From contig JAITRB010000005.1 in NCBI GenBank assembly GCA_031288595.1, forward strand, positions 13,373 to 45,372: DNA of 32,000 bases, in the 5' to 3' direction. The position numbers and the translations under genes were made by a program. The stretch comes from Puniceicoccales bacterium (GTDB taxonomy: Bacteria; Verrucomicrobiota; Verrucomicrobiia; Opitutales; JAIRLG01). The notes under the pieces were generated by a model. That model searched no databases. It was not told where the DNA came from and saw only the letters and a list, made by a program, of their open reading frames with translations. This document shows, piece by piece, positions 16,378 through 26,831 of the stretch. The first letter of the stretch is position 1. Every line of letters begins with the position of its first letter.

Positions 16378-16485
16378 GGCGCGATGGCCCGTCGCTAAAC
16401 GGACAAAAGCCGTTTAGCGACAGGGCTCTCCTCCGCGCGGAGCGCGGAGGAGAGCCCCTTTGCTCCGCAAAGGGGCCCTCGCGCC
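16378..16485 (-). repeat. Cloverleaf palindromic element, copy I (GCGATGGCCC-type sub-family)
   Basis: Closing helix GGCGCGATGGCC (16378-16389) / GGCCCTCGCGCC (16474-16485), 12 bp with one mismatch. Hairpins GTCGCTAAACGG-ACAAAAG-CCGTTTAGCGAC (16391-16421), GGGCTCTCCTCCGCGC-GGA-GCGCGGAGGAGAGCCC (16423-16457, 16 bp perfect) and CTTTGC-TCC-GCAAAG (16458-16472). Confidence 0.85.
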
Positions 16486-16518
16486 AAAAGATTCCAGCAG
16501 TTGGAAATCACCGAAGCA

Positions 16519-18720
<2,202 letters not shown>

Positions 18721-18836
18721 GGCCAGTATAACTAGCCGAAAATACCCTCAAGACGAGCCTTTATCCGGCGGCGGGGTTCTCCTGCAATCCGTCCGATGTT
18801 TTCGCTTGTTTTAAAAGCTGGAAAGCGCTGTCTTGG

Positions 18837-18926
18837 GCTCGCTGTCTTTGCAGGGATGAAAAGTCTCCTTTTCATCCCTGATGCTCGCTTTGCGAGCGAG
18901 CCCTTCGGGCTCCAAAGACAGCGAGC
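18837..18926 (-). repeat. Cloverleaf palindromic element, copy E (GCTGTCTTTG-type)
   Basis: Closing helix GCTCGCTGTCTTTG (18837-18850) / CAAAGACAGCGAGC (18913-18926), 14 bp perfect. Hairpins CAGGGATGAAAAG-TCTC-CTTTTCATCCCTG (18851-18880), GCTCGC-TTT-GCGAGC (18883-18897) and GAGCCC-TTC-GGGCTC (18898-18912). Confidence 0.9.
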
Positions 18927-18981
18927 ACCCTTCCCTGTAGCCCCCTTCCCTCTCCAGTACCGATTCCTCGGTCCTCCTCCA

Positions 18982-19362
18982 TTATGGGTTCTCTCCTTCG
19001 CTGTTTGGGGAACGTCTCACTAAAATTGCCCGCATGGGGTCGTGATTCAGCATTTTCAGAGCGGTCTGGATGTTTTCCTCCGTGCAATCCACCAGAACTT
19101 TCACCTCGGAGTCGTTTTTCTCTCGGTCGATGCTGCAGAGGATGCCGATGACGCGATGCCCCCGCAGGTCTCCCAGGAAGACATCGATGCCCTCGCCATC
19201 CTGGGATCGCGTCCCATTGATAAAGCCGTAGTCCATCGGATAGATGAGTTGGGGAAAGCGCGGATGCGAAGATCCTCTGGGCCGGTCGATACTCAGGCCG
19301 TTCTTCTCGATCAACGCCTCCAGGGCTTGGAAAAATTCGTCCGGATTCTGCGAAGTCTCCAT
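18982..19362 (-). CDS. Small inorganic-pyrophosphatase-like protein
   Basis: 126 aa. The block YPMDYGFINGTRSQDGEGIDVFL resembles the family I pyrophosphatase core (YP.nYGfip.T...DGDP.Dv). The protein is shorter than a canonical PPase. Confidence 0.55.
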   Translation of the reverse strand: METSQNPDEFFQALEALIEKNGLSIDRPRGSSHPRFPQLIYPMDYGFINGTRSQDGEGIDVFLGDLRGHRVIGILCSIDREKNDSEVKVLVDCTEENIQTALKMLNHDPMRAILVRRSPNSEGENP

Positions 19363-19691
19363 GGCCTTTCCGTGTAGCCCGTGTATTTCTAAAGTTCCAC
19401 CACCTGCAAGCCTCTAGATAGAAGCGCTTCGCTTTTTCGACAAGCCGAAAGAAAGAGCTTCGAAAAGGGTAGAGCCATGGCTTGCTTGTGATTTCCCTTC
19501 AGGGAGTCCGCAGGGACAAGGTGAAGTTCGCAGAGCTAAGAGGAATCCATTCCCACATAAGCGGGCTGTTGAGCGCGGAGGGAATGCGAAATGTCTCTCT
19601 ATTTTTCACACAGCATGCCCTCCTCCTGAGCCGGTGGATTGCTTGGGGAGGAGTGATTTGGAACCTTGAAATACCCTGGAATCTCTGCTCA

Positions 19692-20426
19692 ATGGGCAAG
19701 CGTTTTATGGATTCCACCGTGCCCGTTCCGCTGCACGTCGGCCTCATCATGGACGGTGATGGTCGCTGGGCGATACAGCGGGGGAAGCCGCGTCTCTACG
19801 GCCACCGGCGTGGAGCGGAAAATGTCCGGCGCATCGTGGTCCACGCGCAATCCCTGGGCATCCGCTTCCTGACGCTCTACGCCTTTTCGCTCGAAAACAA
19901 CAGGCGGCCAGCGGTGGAGGTCCACGGTCTCCTGTCGCTCTTCGAGCTCTATGCAAGGCGCTGGCTGCCCCAGCTCTTGGAACAGGGAATCCGCATCCGC
20001 TTGATCGGAGATGTGGAGGCCCTGAGGCCATCGACGGCCCAGGCCCTGCGGAAGCTGGAGGAAAATACGCGAAAAGGGGAGAAGATGACGGTGATTTTGG
20101 CCGTCAACTACGGAGGCCGAGATGAGGTTCTTCGGGCTATTCGGCGTCTTTGGAACTCCGGCGAAAAGGAAGGACCGACCTGTTGGGAAGATTTTGAAAA
20201 ATTTTTGGACACCGCCGGTATTCCTGATCCGGATCTCATCCTGCGCAGCTCGGGCGAGATGCGGCTGAGCCACTTTTTGCCGTTGCAGTCCGTCTATTCG
20301 GAGCTTTATTTCCCTCCCGTTCTGTGGCCGGACTTCAGCGAGAAGGATCTGGATGAAGCCGTGGCCGTTTACCGCAGCCGCCAGAGGCGGTTTGGGCGAC
20401 TGGAGGGCCAGAAAAGGGACGCGTGA
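19692..20426 (+). CDS. uppS: Undecaprenyl-diphosphate synthase (cis-prenyltransferase)
   Basis: The ORF is open from 19482, but ATG 19692 gives a typical length of about 244 aa. Motifs: HVGLIMDGDGRWA, YGHRRG, LTLYAFSLENNRRP, and RSSGEMRLSHFLPLQ..LWPDF. The last is somewhat diverged from the usual RTSGE.R.SNFLLWQ. Confidence 0.85.
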   Translation: MGKRFMDSTVPVPLHVGLIMDGDGRWAIQRGKPRLYGHRRGAENVRRIVVHAQSLGIRFLTLYAFSLENNRRPAVEVHGLLSLFELYARRWLPQLLEQGIRIRLIGDVEALRPSTAQALRKLEENTRKGEKMTVILAVNYGGRDEVLRAIRRLWNSGEKEGPTCWEDFEKFLDTAGIPDPDLILRSSGEMRLSHFLPLQSVYSELYFPPVLWPDFSEKDLDEAVAVYRSRQRRFGRLEGQKRDA

Positions 20427-20429
20427 GAG

Positions 20430-21308
20430 ATGAAGGAGAGAATCGGAAGTTTTTGTGTCCTGTGGCTGGCGGTTCTGGGGATACTTGCGCTAGGAGGTGT
20501 GAGCGGTGGGGTGCTACTCCTCATCCTGGCCTCTCTGCTGACCCAGTACGAGCTCTGCCAGCTCTGCCGCAAGGCCGGTTACGAGCCTTACCTCTGGCAC
20601 TGTCTGGGCTATGGATTGCTGATGCTGCTCCTGGCCTATTTCCCCCCGGCTCCGATGTGCGGAGTGGAGGCGGCGATGATGGTTTTCGTCTGTGCCTTGA
20701 TCGAGACGACCTTCCATGCCTTTTCCAAAAAGGAACCGCGGGCCATCATCGGGAGTCTGGTGTCGACGGTCTGCAACCTGGTCTACCTGCCCCTGATGTT
20801 CAGCCTTCCCATCGCGATGTTGCGGGACTGGTCCTCGAAGGGAGAGGATAGGATGGCCCTCGCCTGTCTCCTGTGGATCATCGCCGTGGCCAAGTTCAGC
20901 GATGTCAGCGGGCTCTGCGTCGGCTCCCTCTGTGGCGGACAGAAACTGGCTCCACAACTGAGTCCTGCCAAGACGCGCCGGGGCCTGATCGGTGCCGTAA
21001 TCCTCGCCCCTCTGCTCGTCGGCCTAGGCAGCCGATTGCTCTTCACTTCCTTTTTCCCAAAAGATTTCTCGCCCCTCCGGGCCCTGCTGCTGGCGATTTT
21101 AATCGCGCTGATCGCCGCCTTTTCTGACCTCGTGGAATCCACGGTTAAGCGCCTGGCTCAGGTGAAGGATTCGGGGAAACTCATCCCGGGAATCGGGGGG
21201 ATTTTCGACCTGACCGACAGCCTGATTTTGGCTCTTCCGGTGGGAGTCCTGTACTTCCACTACTGGGAAAAAATATCCCCCGTCCTGAGGGCATGGGGAC
21301 TTTTCTGA
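20430..21308 (+). CDS. cdsA: Phosphatidate cytidylyltransferase (CDP-diglyceride synthase)
   Basis: 292 aa and polytopic, directly downstream of uppS. It has SPAKTRRGLIGAV and the C-terminal signature STVKRLAQVKDSGKLIPGIGGIFDLTDS. That signature carries I for the usual H and L for the usual R/K. Confidence 0.8.
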   Translation: MKERIGSFCVLWLAVLGILALGGVSGGVLLLILASLLTQYELCQLCRKAGYEPYLWHCLGYGLLMLLLAYFPPAPMCGVEAAMMVFVCALIETTFHAFSKKEPRAIIGSLVSTVCNLVYLPLMFSLPIAMLRDWSSKGEDRMALACLLWIIAVAKFSDVSGLCVGSLCGGQKLAPQLSPAKTRRGLIGAVILAPLLVGLGSRLLFTSFFPKDFSPLRALLLAILIALIAAFSDLVESTVKRLAQVKDSGKLIPGIGGIFDLTDSLILALPVGVLYFHYWEKISPVLRAWGLF

Positions 21309-21323
21309 GAGGGGATTCGTAAC

Positions 21324-22013
21324 GTGGCAGCCGGCATCCTCTACGTCGTCGCGACGCCCATCGGTCATCTTGGGGACTTCTCGCTGCGGGCACTGGAAGT
21401 TCTGAAGAACTGCGAGGTGCTGGCCTGTGAGGATTCACGCGTCAGCTCCCGTCTATTGACCCGTTACAAGCTTTCCCGTCCGCTGATTCTCTACAATGCC
21501 GCCCATGAAATCCGCCAGACGGCCGTGTTGCTGAAGAAATTAAAGCTGGGGAAAAATGTGGCCCTGATCAGCGATGCAGGGACACCTAGCCTGAGCGACC
21601 CTGGCTTTCGCCTGGTGCGGGCCTGCCGAAAGGATGGCATTGCCGTCCTGCCCGTTCCAGGGGCAAGCGCTGCGCTGGCGGCCCTCTCGGTCAGCGGCCT
21701 TCCTACAGAATCCTTCCTCTTCCTTGGCTTCCTTCCTCCCAAATCCTCGGCGAGGCAAGAGATTTTTCAGCGCTATGAGGATTGCCCTCATACCCTCATC
21801 TTCTATGAGGCCTGCCATCGCATCGAGAAGTTTCTCCAGGAGGCCCGAGAGGTTTTGGGCGATGCCCGTTGGGCCTGCGTGGCCCGGGAGATGACGAAAT
21901 TGCACGAGACTTATATCACCCGAACTTTGGGGGAAATTTGCGAGGAGAAGCTCTGCTTACCAGCCAAGGGCGAGTTCACCGTTCTCATCGCCAAGTCTCG
22001 CTTCACGCTCTAG
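21324..22013 (+). CDS. rsmI: 16S rRNA (cytidine1402-2'-O)-methyltransferase
   Basis: GTG start. The N-terminal motif LYVVATPIGHLGDFSLRALEVLKNCEVLACEDSR is typical of RsmI. 229 aa. Confidence 0.85.
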   Translation: MAAGILYVVATPIGHLGDFSLRALEVLKNCEVLACEDSRVSSRLLTRYKLSRPLILYNAAHEIRQTAVLLKKLKLGKNVALISDAGTPSLSDPGFRLVRACRKDGIAVLPVPGASAALAALSVSGLPTESFLFLGFLPPKSSARQEIFQRYEDCPHTLIFYEACHRIEKFLQEAREVLGDARWACVAREMTKLHETYITRTLGEICEEKLCLPAKGEFTVLIAKSRFTL

Positions 22014-22065
22014 GAGACTGAGGGCTTAGGGTTACTGGCAAAGGGGTGAATGAAGGTTGCTCTGG

Positions 22066-22161
22066 GTGTGCCGCCTTGGCTAGTGCCGGCCTCGGCCGAG
22101 GCCGGCGCTAGCGGCGGCCCGCTGCGCGGGCCGGAGCCCGGAGGGCTCCAAGGCGGCACAC
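22066..22161 (-). repeat. Cloverleaf palindromic element, copy G (unique closing stem)
   Basis: Closing helix GTGTGCCGCCTTG (22066-22078) / CAAGGCGGCACAC (22149-22161). Long arm GCTAGTGCCGGCCTCG..CGAGGCCGGCGCTAGC (22079-22112, one G-T pair). Hairpins CGGCCCGC-TGC-GCGGGCCG (22115-22133) and GAGCCC-GGA-GGGCTC (22134-22148). Confidence 0.85.
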
Positions 22162-22337
22162 ACCGATGACAGAAAATGCTCCGCGACCGGATACCCCAGA
22201 GATGGGAGATGAGTCATCAGGGGACAATGGCAACACAGAGAAAAATGACGGACAGCAGGTGAGGGATAAGCAGCACGGCTTTTCTTGAAGTAGCCGTTCC
22301 TGGCTTCTCTGGAGCTAAGCGCTCCGGGGCTTCTCTT

Positions 22338-23186
22338 TTAAGCGATGCCCAGCTTGGCATAGTCGATAGGATTCAGCTCCTGATGCTTATGCCGGAAGCG
22401 TGGGATGCACTGGAAGAGGGCCTGGGTATAGGGATGTTTCTGTTCCTGCAGCAAGGCCTTGGTCTCGCCGGCCTCGACGATATGGCCCCGAAACATGACG
22501 AGGGTACGGTCAGCGAAATGGGAGACGAGCAGGAGATTGTGCGTGATGATGAGGATGGCGAAGTGGCGCTGTGCCTGCAGTTCCTTGAGCAGGTCGAGGA
22601 TCTGCTTCTGCAGAGTGACATCGAGGGCGGTAGTGGGCTCATCCGCGATGAGCAGGTCCGGCTGCTGCAGAATAGCCATGGCGATCATGACCCGCTGCTG
22701 CATCCCTCCGCTGAGCTCATGAGGATAGGAACGCCGGCAGCGCTCCGTATCCAGAATGCCCACGTCCCGCAGGTGTTGCCGAATCTTTTCCAGGCGCTCC
22801 TTCTGGGATAGGCCTTCCAAAATTTCCGACATCTGGTAGCCGATCGTCAGCGACGGATTGAGCGAAGCCCCGGGTTCCTGGAAGATATAGGCGATCCTGC
22901 GCCCGCGGATGGAGAGCAATTCCTTTGCGGGTAGTTGGAGTAGATTTTTACCCTGGAAATCGATGCTGCCCGAAACCCGGGTTTCCCTAGGAGGCAGTAG
23001 GCGCGTGACCGCCAACGCCGTGACGCTCTTGCCACTGCCGCTTTCGCCGATGAGGGCGACGGTTTCCCCGGAGGCCACTGCGAAGGAAATGCCGTGCACC
23101 ACCTCCTCATCGAGGTCGCTAAAATGGATCCGGAGATCTGCGACGGACAAAAGGGGAAGGGCTTTGGAGGTTTGGAACGGATCCAT
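22338..23186 (-). CDS. ABC transporter ATP-binding protein, OppD/DppD (peptide/nickel) type
   Basis: 282 aa. Walker A GESGSGKS, signature LSGGMQQR, Walker B LLIADEPTTALD, and the OppD-type C-terminal motif HPYTQALFQCIP. Confidence 0.85.
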   Translation of the reverse strand: MDPFQTSKALPLLSVADLRIHFSDLDEEVVHGISFAVASGETVALIGESGSGKSVTALAVTRLLPPRETRVSGSIDFQGKNLLQLPAKELLSIRGRRIAYIFQEPGASLNPSLTIGYQMSEILEGLSQKERLEKIRQHLRDVGILDTERCRRSYPHELSGGMQQRVMIAMAILQQPDLLIADEPTTALDVTLQKQILDLLKELQAQRHFAILIITHNLLLVSHFADRTLVMFRGHIVEAGETKALLQEQKHPYTQALFQCIPRFRHKHQELNPIDYAKLGIA

Positions 23187-24034
23187 GGATACTATCCCCT
23201 AGGGATTGAGAACGGGAAGGCAAGGGGAAATGGGAAGTTTTTAGCGGAAAAAGATTTTGGGCGATTGGGAGCTTGGCAAGAGCTGAGATTCAAGTTTCGG
23301 CATGCCATCCGCATCTGCATGGACCCTAAGCGGCCGCATGTTCTTCTCAGGAGAGGTTTTTTCGGAAGCTTCTAGATTGTTTTATCCGAGAAGGATCAGC
23401 TAGAAAGGGTATCCGCCATCCCCTAGGGGGATGGCAATTCTCCTGCTGATTCTCTGGCAATGCTGCTGTCGGCGGGATGTTTTTAAAAACCGGGAGAATT
23501 TCTGATTCGCGACGAGCGCTTCTCGGTGACGGACCCGATAGCGGCGATTTGGGGAACAGAGCCGAGAACCCCGTCTCTGCTGATGGAAAATCTTAGCGGA
23601 AGGTACGGTGAGAACAGTCCAAGGAGGGCATCGACCTCAGGCCGGAGCAAATGGGCCTATGGGTTCCATAGGCCTTCGGCGACGAGGAGGATGAGAGGCA
23701 GCATAAATTCGAGGAATATCCAGGCCCAAGCGAAGTTCAGATATCCGGATCGGGTCTTCGCCTTTCACAGGAGGATCAGGTAACAATCTGCTTCATCTCC
23801 TGCCAAACGGAGAGATAGTACCGAGGCCGAGCGGGAACGAAGCCGGACGTGGCTCTCGGTGGGTGAAATTCTCCTCCCTTCTCAAGCGCAAGAACGGACT
23901 GCCTGGCCTTGGGAAACGGAGCGAATCGTGCCGAAGAGAGGGTGAAGTTGAGGCTGCGATGCGCGAGGGTGAATGGGCCGAGAGCAGGAGGCGATTCGGC
24001 CGCACATCCCTCTCTTCAGGGAAGGGTCGATAGC

Positions 24035-25420
24035 TCAGAGCAAAAGCTTGGAACCCAAGGCCAGGAAGATGGAAACTCCGGCGATGTCCGTGATGGATGT
24101 GAGGAAGATATAGGAACTCTGGGCGGGATCGAAGTGCAGGGATTGGAGGAAGAGGGGGACAAAGGCACCGGCCAAACCGGCTAGACCCATGTTGAGGCTC
24201 ATCGCCAGGAATAGCACCACGCCGACCATGGGATTGTGGGTCCAGAGACCGGCGATGAAAGAGGTCAATAAGCCGATCATCAGGCCATTGTAGAGTCCCT
24301 TGCAGAGCTCTTTTCGGCAGATTCTGCGGGCGTCACCCGTGTGCAGATTGCCCAGGGCGAGTCCGCGAATGGCGACAGCCAGCGTCTGGGCACCGGCACT
24401 TCCCCCTAGGGAGGAGACGAGGTTCATGAAAACGGCCAGGAGTGCGAGCTGCGTGATCTGTTCTGTGAAAAGGGAGATCACTTTGGCGGTCGTGAAGGCG
24501 ATGACGAGGTTGGCCATGAGCCAGGGCATGCGCTTGGTGACGCTGGAAAGGATGGGGTCGTGGATATTTTCATCAGCCCCGGCCCCGTGCAGCTTTTGAA
24601 TGTCCTCGGTCGCCTCGTCGCGCAGGATATCGATGACATCGTCGTGCGTCACGATGCCCATCAGGCGGCCCTGGGTATCCACGACGGGCAGGTTCTGGAA
24701 ATTGAGCTCCGCCATCTGCCGCGCCACCTCCTCTTTGTGCTGGTCGAAGCGGCAGACCCCGCGCAGTTCCTTGTGCATGAGATGGGAGATTTTCTGACTA
24801 GGACGGGACCAGATGAGGTCGCGGACGGAGGTCACGCCCATGAGCCGCTTGCGCTCATCGACGACGTAGAGCATGTCGCTGTTCTCGGTCTCATGCTTCT
24901 CGCGCCGGATGTGGTGAATGGCCTCGTCGACGCTCATGTCATCTCGCAGGGTCATGACATAGGGAGTCATGACACCGGCAGCCGTATGGGGGTCGTAGGA
25001 GAGCAGCTTACGCATTGTCCGAGCCACTTCCTCCGGCAGCTGGGAAAGGATGCGATCCTGTTCCTGAGGGCGGAGCTCCCGTAGGAGGCAGACGGCATCG
25101 TCCGGTTCGAGCCCCTCGATGATCTTCTTCGCACGGATACTCCGCATCTCCCGCAGGATGTCGGCGGAGTCCTCTGTATCCATCTCGGCGATGATGTCTG
25201 CGGCGTCCTCATAGGACAGTTTTCTCAAAATGGCCTGCCGTTTTTCGGAATCGAGACGTTCCAGAACGCTGCTGACTTCATAGGGAGAGCTATGGGCGAG
25301 GCGCTGCTGCTCGATGGCCTCTTCCCAATTCTCCTCCGATACCAGCTGCATGAGCTCATCGAAGCTGTAGGCCTCTTTGCGAGGGTCTTTTGAAAGCGAT
25401 TTCATTGCCGACTTCAGCAT
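24035..25420 (-). CDS. mgtE: Magnesium transporter MgtE
   Basis: 461 aa. An N-terminal acidic MgtE-N region, tandem CBS-like segments (e.g. PVVDTQGRLMGIVTHDDVIDIL), and a C-terminal five-helix membrane domain. Confidence 0.9.
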   Translation of the reverse strand: MLKSAMKSLSKDPRKEAYSFDELMQLVSEENWEEAIEQQRLAHSSPYEVSSVLERLDSEKRQAILRKLSYEDAADIIAEMDTEDSADILREMRSIRAKKIIEGLEPDDAVCLLRELRPQEQDRILSQLPEEVARTMRKLLSYDPHTAAGVMTPYVMTLRDDMSVDEAIHHIRREKHETENSDMLYVVDERKRLMGVTSVRDLIWSRPSQKISHLMHKELRGVCRFDQHKEEVARQMAELNFQNLPVVDTQGRLMGIVTHDDVIDILRDEATEDIQKLHGAGADENIHDPILSSVTKRMPWLMANLVIAFTTAKVISLFTEQITQLALLAVFMNLVSSLGGSAGAQTLAVAIRGLALGNLHTGDARRICRKELCKGLYNGLMIGLLTSFIAGLWTHNPMVGVVLFLAMSLNMGLAGLAGAFVPLFLQSLHFDPAQSSYIFLTSITDIAGVSIFLALGSKLLL

Positions 25421-25512
25421 GGGACTGAAACTTACAGACTGCTTCCCAAGCCTCCTCGGGATTTTGTTCTGTCATTGCGAATTCAAGAGGGCGACGAAGG
25501 CAAGGATTTTTT

Positions 25513-26331
25513 TTGATAGAGGCAGCGAAGAAATTTTATCCCCATGCATGCAAACCTGTTGAGATGGCCAGGGCAGCGATCGGTTCCATGACTTACTCCG
25601 CCTTGGCGTGCGAAATTTTTTCCTTTACGCCGCTTGCAATTTGCGCTCGATGCCTCCCCCGTTCTAGTACTGAAATGTCGGCAGCATTCAAGGGGTTGAC
25701 CTGGTGTATCGCACATCTGGGGGATGACGGGAACTGGTGGGTCGATAGCCTGAGCGACGAGACCCATTGGGATATGGACCGTCTGGGTCTCATCGATCCG
25801 CGGCAATGGGAGTATCTCCTGGAATTGCTCTCGCCTCTGCGGGATTGTGGGCTTCAGGATGAACTTTTGGAGGCAGCTTTCTGCCAATTCCGCATCGAGA
25901 AGGAGTTGCCTAATCGGCGCGTTCAGCTGACAGTCGTCAACACCTGCCTCGCGGATACGGATGAAAAGCTATTCCTCTTGCCCTATGCGCAGTCCGATTC
26001 TGAGGAGGCCTATACCGAATGGATCGATCACCTCTTGCGGCTCCGCGTGGAGTCGTTGAACCGAATTTCCGACTTCAGGCAGCCTCTGTCTTCTGAAGAG
26101 GTGGAGATGCGCGTTCTCGACCGAGAGAACCGGAAGACACCGGAGGGCAGAGTCCACGCGTTTGAGGAAATCGCCTCGATTTTGGAATACGTACCGGAAG
26201 AGGAAGAAGAGGAGAAGAAAGAGGGCGATCTAGAAGAGGAAGATTCGGGCGAGGGAGTGTCGGACCTAGGAGAAGAGCTTTGGGAGAAGGAGCTGCAGGA
26301 GGACATCGGTCGTCTGGAACTAAGCGAATAG
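25513..26331 (+). CDS. Hypothetical protein with a highly acidic C-terminal tail; start uncertain
   Basis: The ORF begins at TTG 25513. In-frame ATGs lie at 25564, 25588 and 25675. The body has no recognised family. The C-terminus reads EEEEEEKKEGDLEEEDSGEGVSDLGEELWEKELQED. Confidence 0.4.
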   Translation: MIEAAKKFYPHACKPVEMARAAIGSMTYSALACEIFSFTPLAICARCLPRSSTEMSAAFKGLTWCIAHLGDDGNWWVDSLSDETHWDMDRLGLIDPRQWEYLLELLSPLRDCGLQDELLEAAFCQFRIEKELPNRRVQLTVVNTCLADTDEKLFLLPYAQSDSEEAYTEWIDHLLRLRVESLNRISDFRQPLSSEEVEMRVLDRENRKTPEGRVHAFEEIASILEYVPEEEEEEKKEGDLEEEDSGEGVSDLGEELWEKELQEDIGRLELSE

Positions 26332-26336
26332 GGAAT

Positions 26337-26813
26337 ATGAGCATCCATCCTCAAGACTGGATTCCGCATCGCCCTCCCTTCCTCTTCGTCGACGAAGTCC
26401 TTTCCCTGGAAGAGCGGAGCATCGTCGCGCGCAAGACCTTCGAAGCGGCCATGGAGATCTATCGCGGTCACTATCCGGAACATCCCGTGACCCCAGGGGC
26501 ACTCCTCTGTGAGGCGATGTTTCAGACGGCGGGAATTCTGGTCTCCTACGACAACCATAAGAAGAATCCGTCCTCCGTCCCATCGCAGGGAATGCCGGTT
26601 CTCTCCCGCATCGAAGAAGCGAGGTTCCACACGCCGGTCTTCCCGGATGAGACGGTGGAGATGCGCATCACTTGGGAAGAGACAATGGGACATTTTTTCT
26701 GCTTCAGGGGTCTGATGAGCTGCCGGGGCAAACGGGTGCTGAGCCTCCGTTTTATCCTGGCTCATGTTGCCTTGGAGGAGGATTCTTCCTCAGCCGAGGA
26801 AGTGGACCGCTGA
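26337..26813 (+). CDS. FabZ/FabA-like hotdog-fold 3-hydroxyacyl-ACP dehydratase family protein
   Basis: ATG 26337. The motifs IPHRPPFLFVDEV and YRGHYPEHPVTPGALLCEAMFQTAGIL match the FabZ active-site region. 158 aa. Confidence 0.7.
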   Translation: MSIHPQDWIPHRPPFLFVDEVLSLEERSIVARKTFEAAMEIYRGHYPEHPVTPGALLCEAMFQTAGILVSYDNHKKNPSSVPSQGMPVLSRIEEARFHTPVFPDETVEMRITWEETMGHFFCFRGLMSCRGKRVLSLRFILAHVALEEDSSSAEEVDR

Positions 26814-26831
26814 CGCAGATACAGAACCTCT

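Noticed and set aside
23829-23998. Cobalamin-riboswitch-like fragments (GGGAAC.., GGTGGGTGAAATTCTCC, GCAGGAGGCG) and RNase P-like fragments (CCGGAGCAA, AACAGTCC) in the 848-bp gap.
   Set aside because: The pieces are in the wrong order or lack the diagnostic cores: no GCCACTG or B12 box, and no GAGGAAAGTCCGG P4 strand. On the + strand they would run antisense into mgtE with nothing to regulate. The similarity looks like chance.
25421-25680. Possible Mg2+ (M-box) riboswitch upstream of mgtE.
   Set aside because: Reading the minus strand upstream of the mgtE start, I found none of the M-box core segments (for example GTTAGGTGAGGC). I saw only weak promoter-like hexamers.
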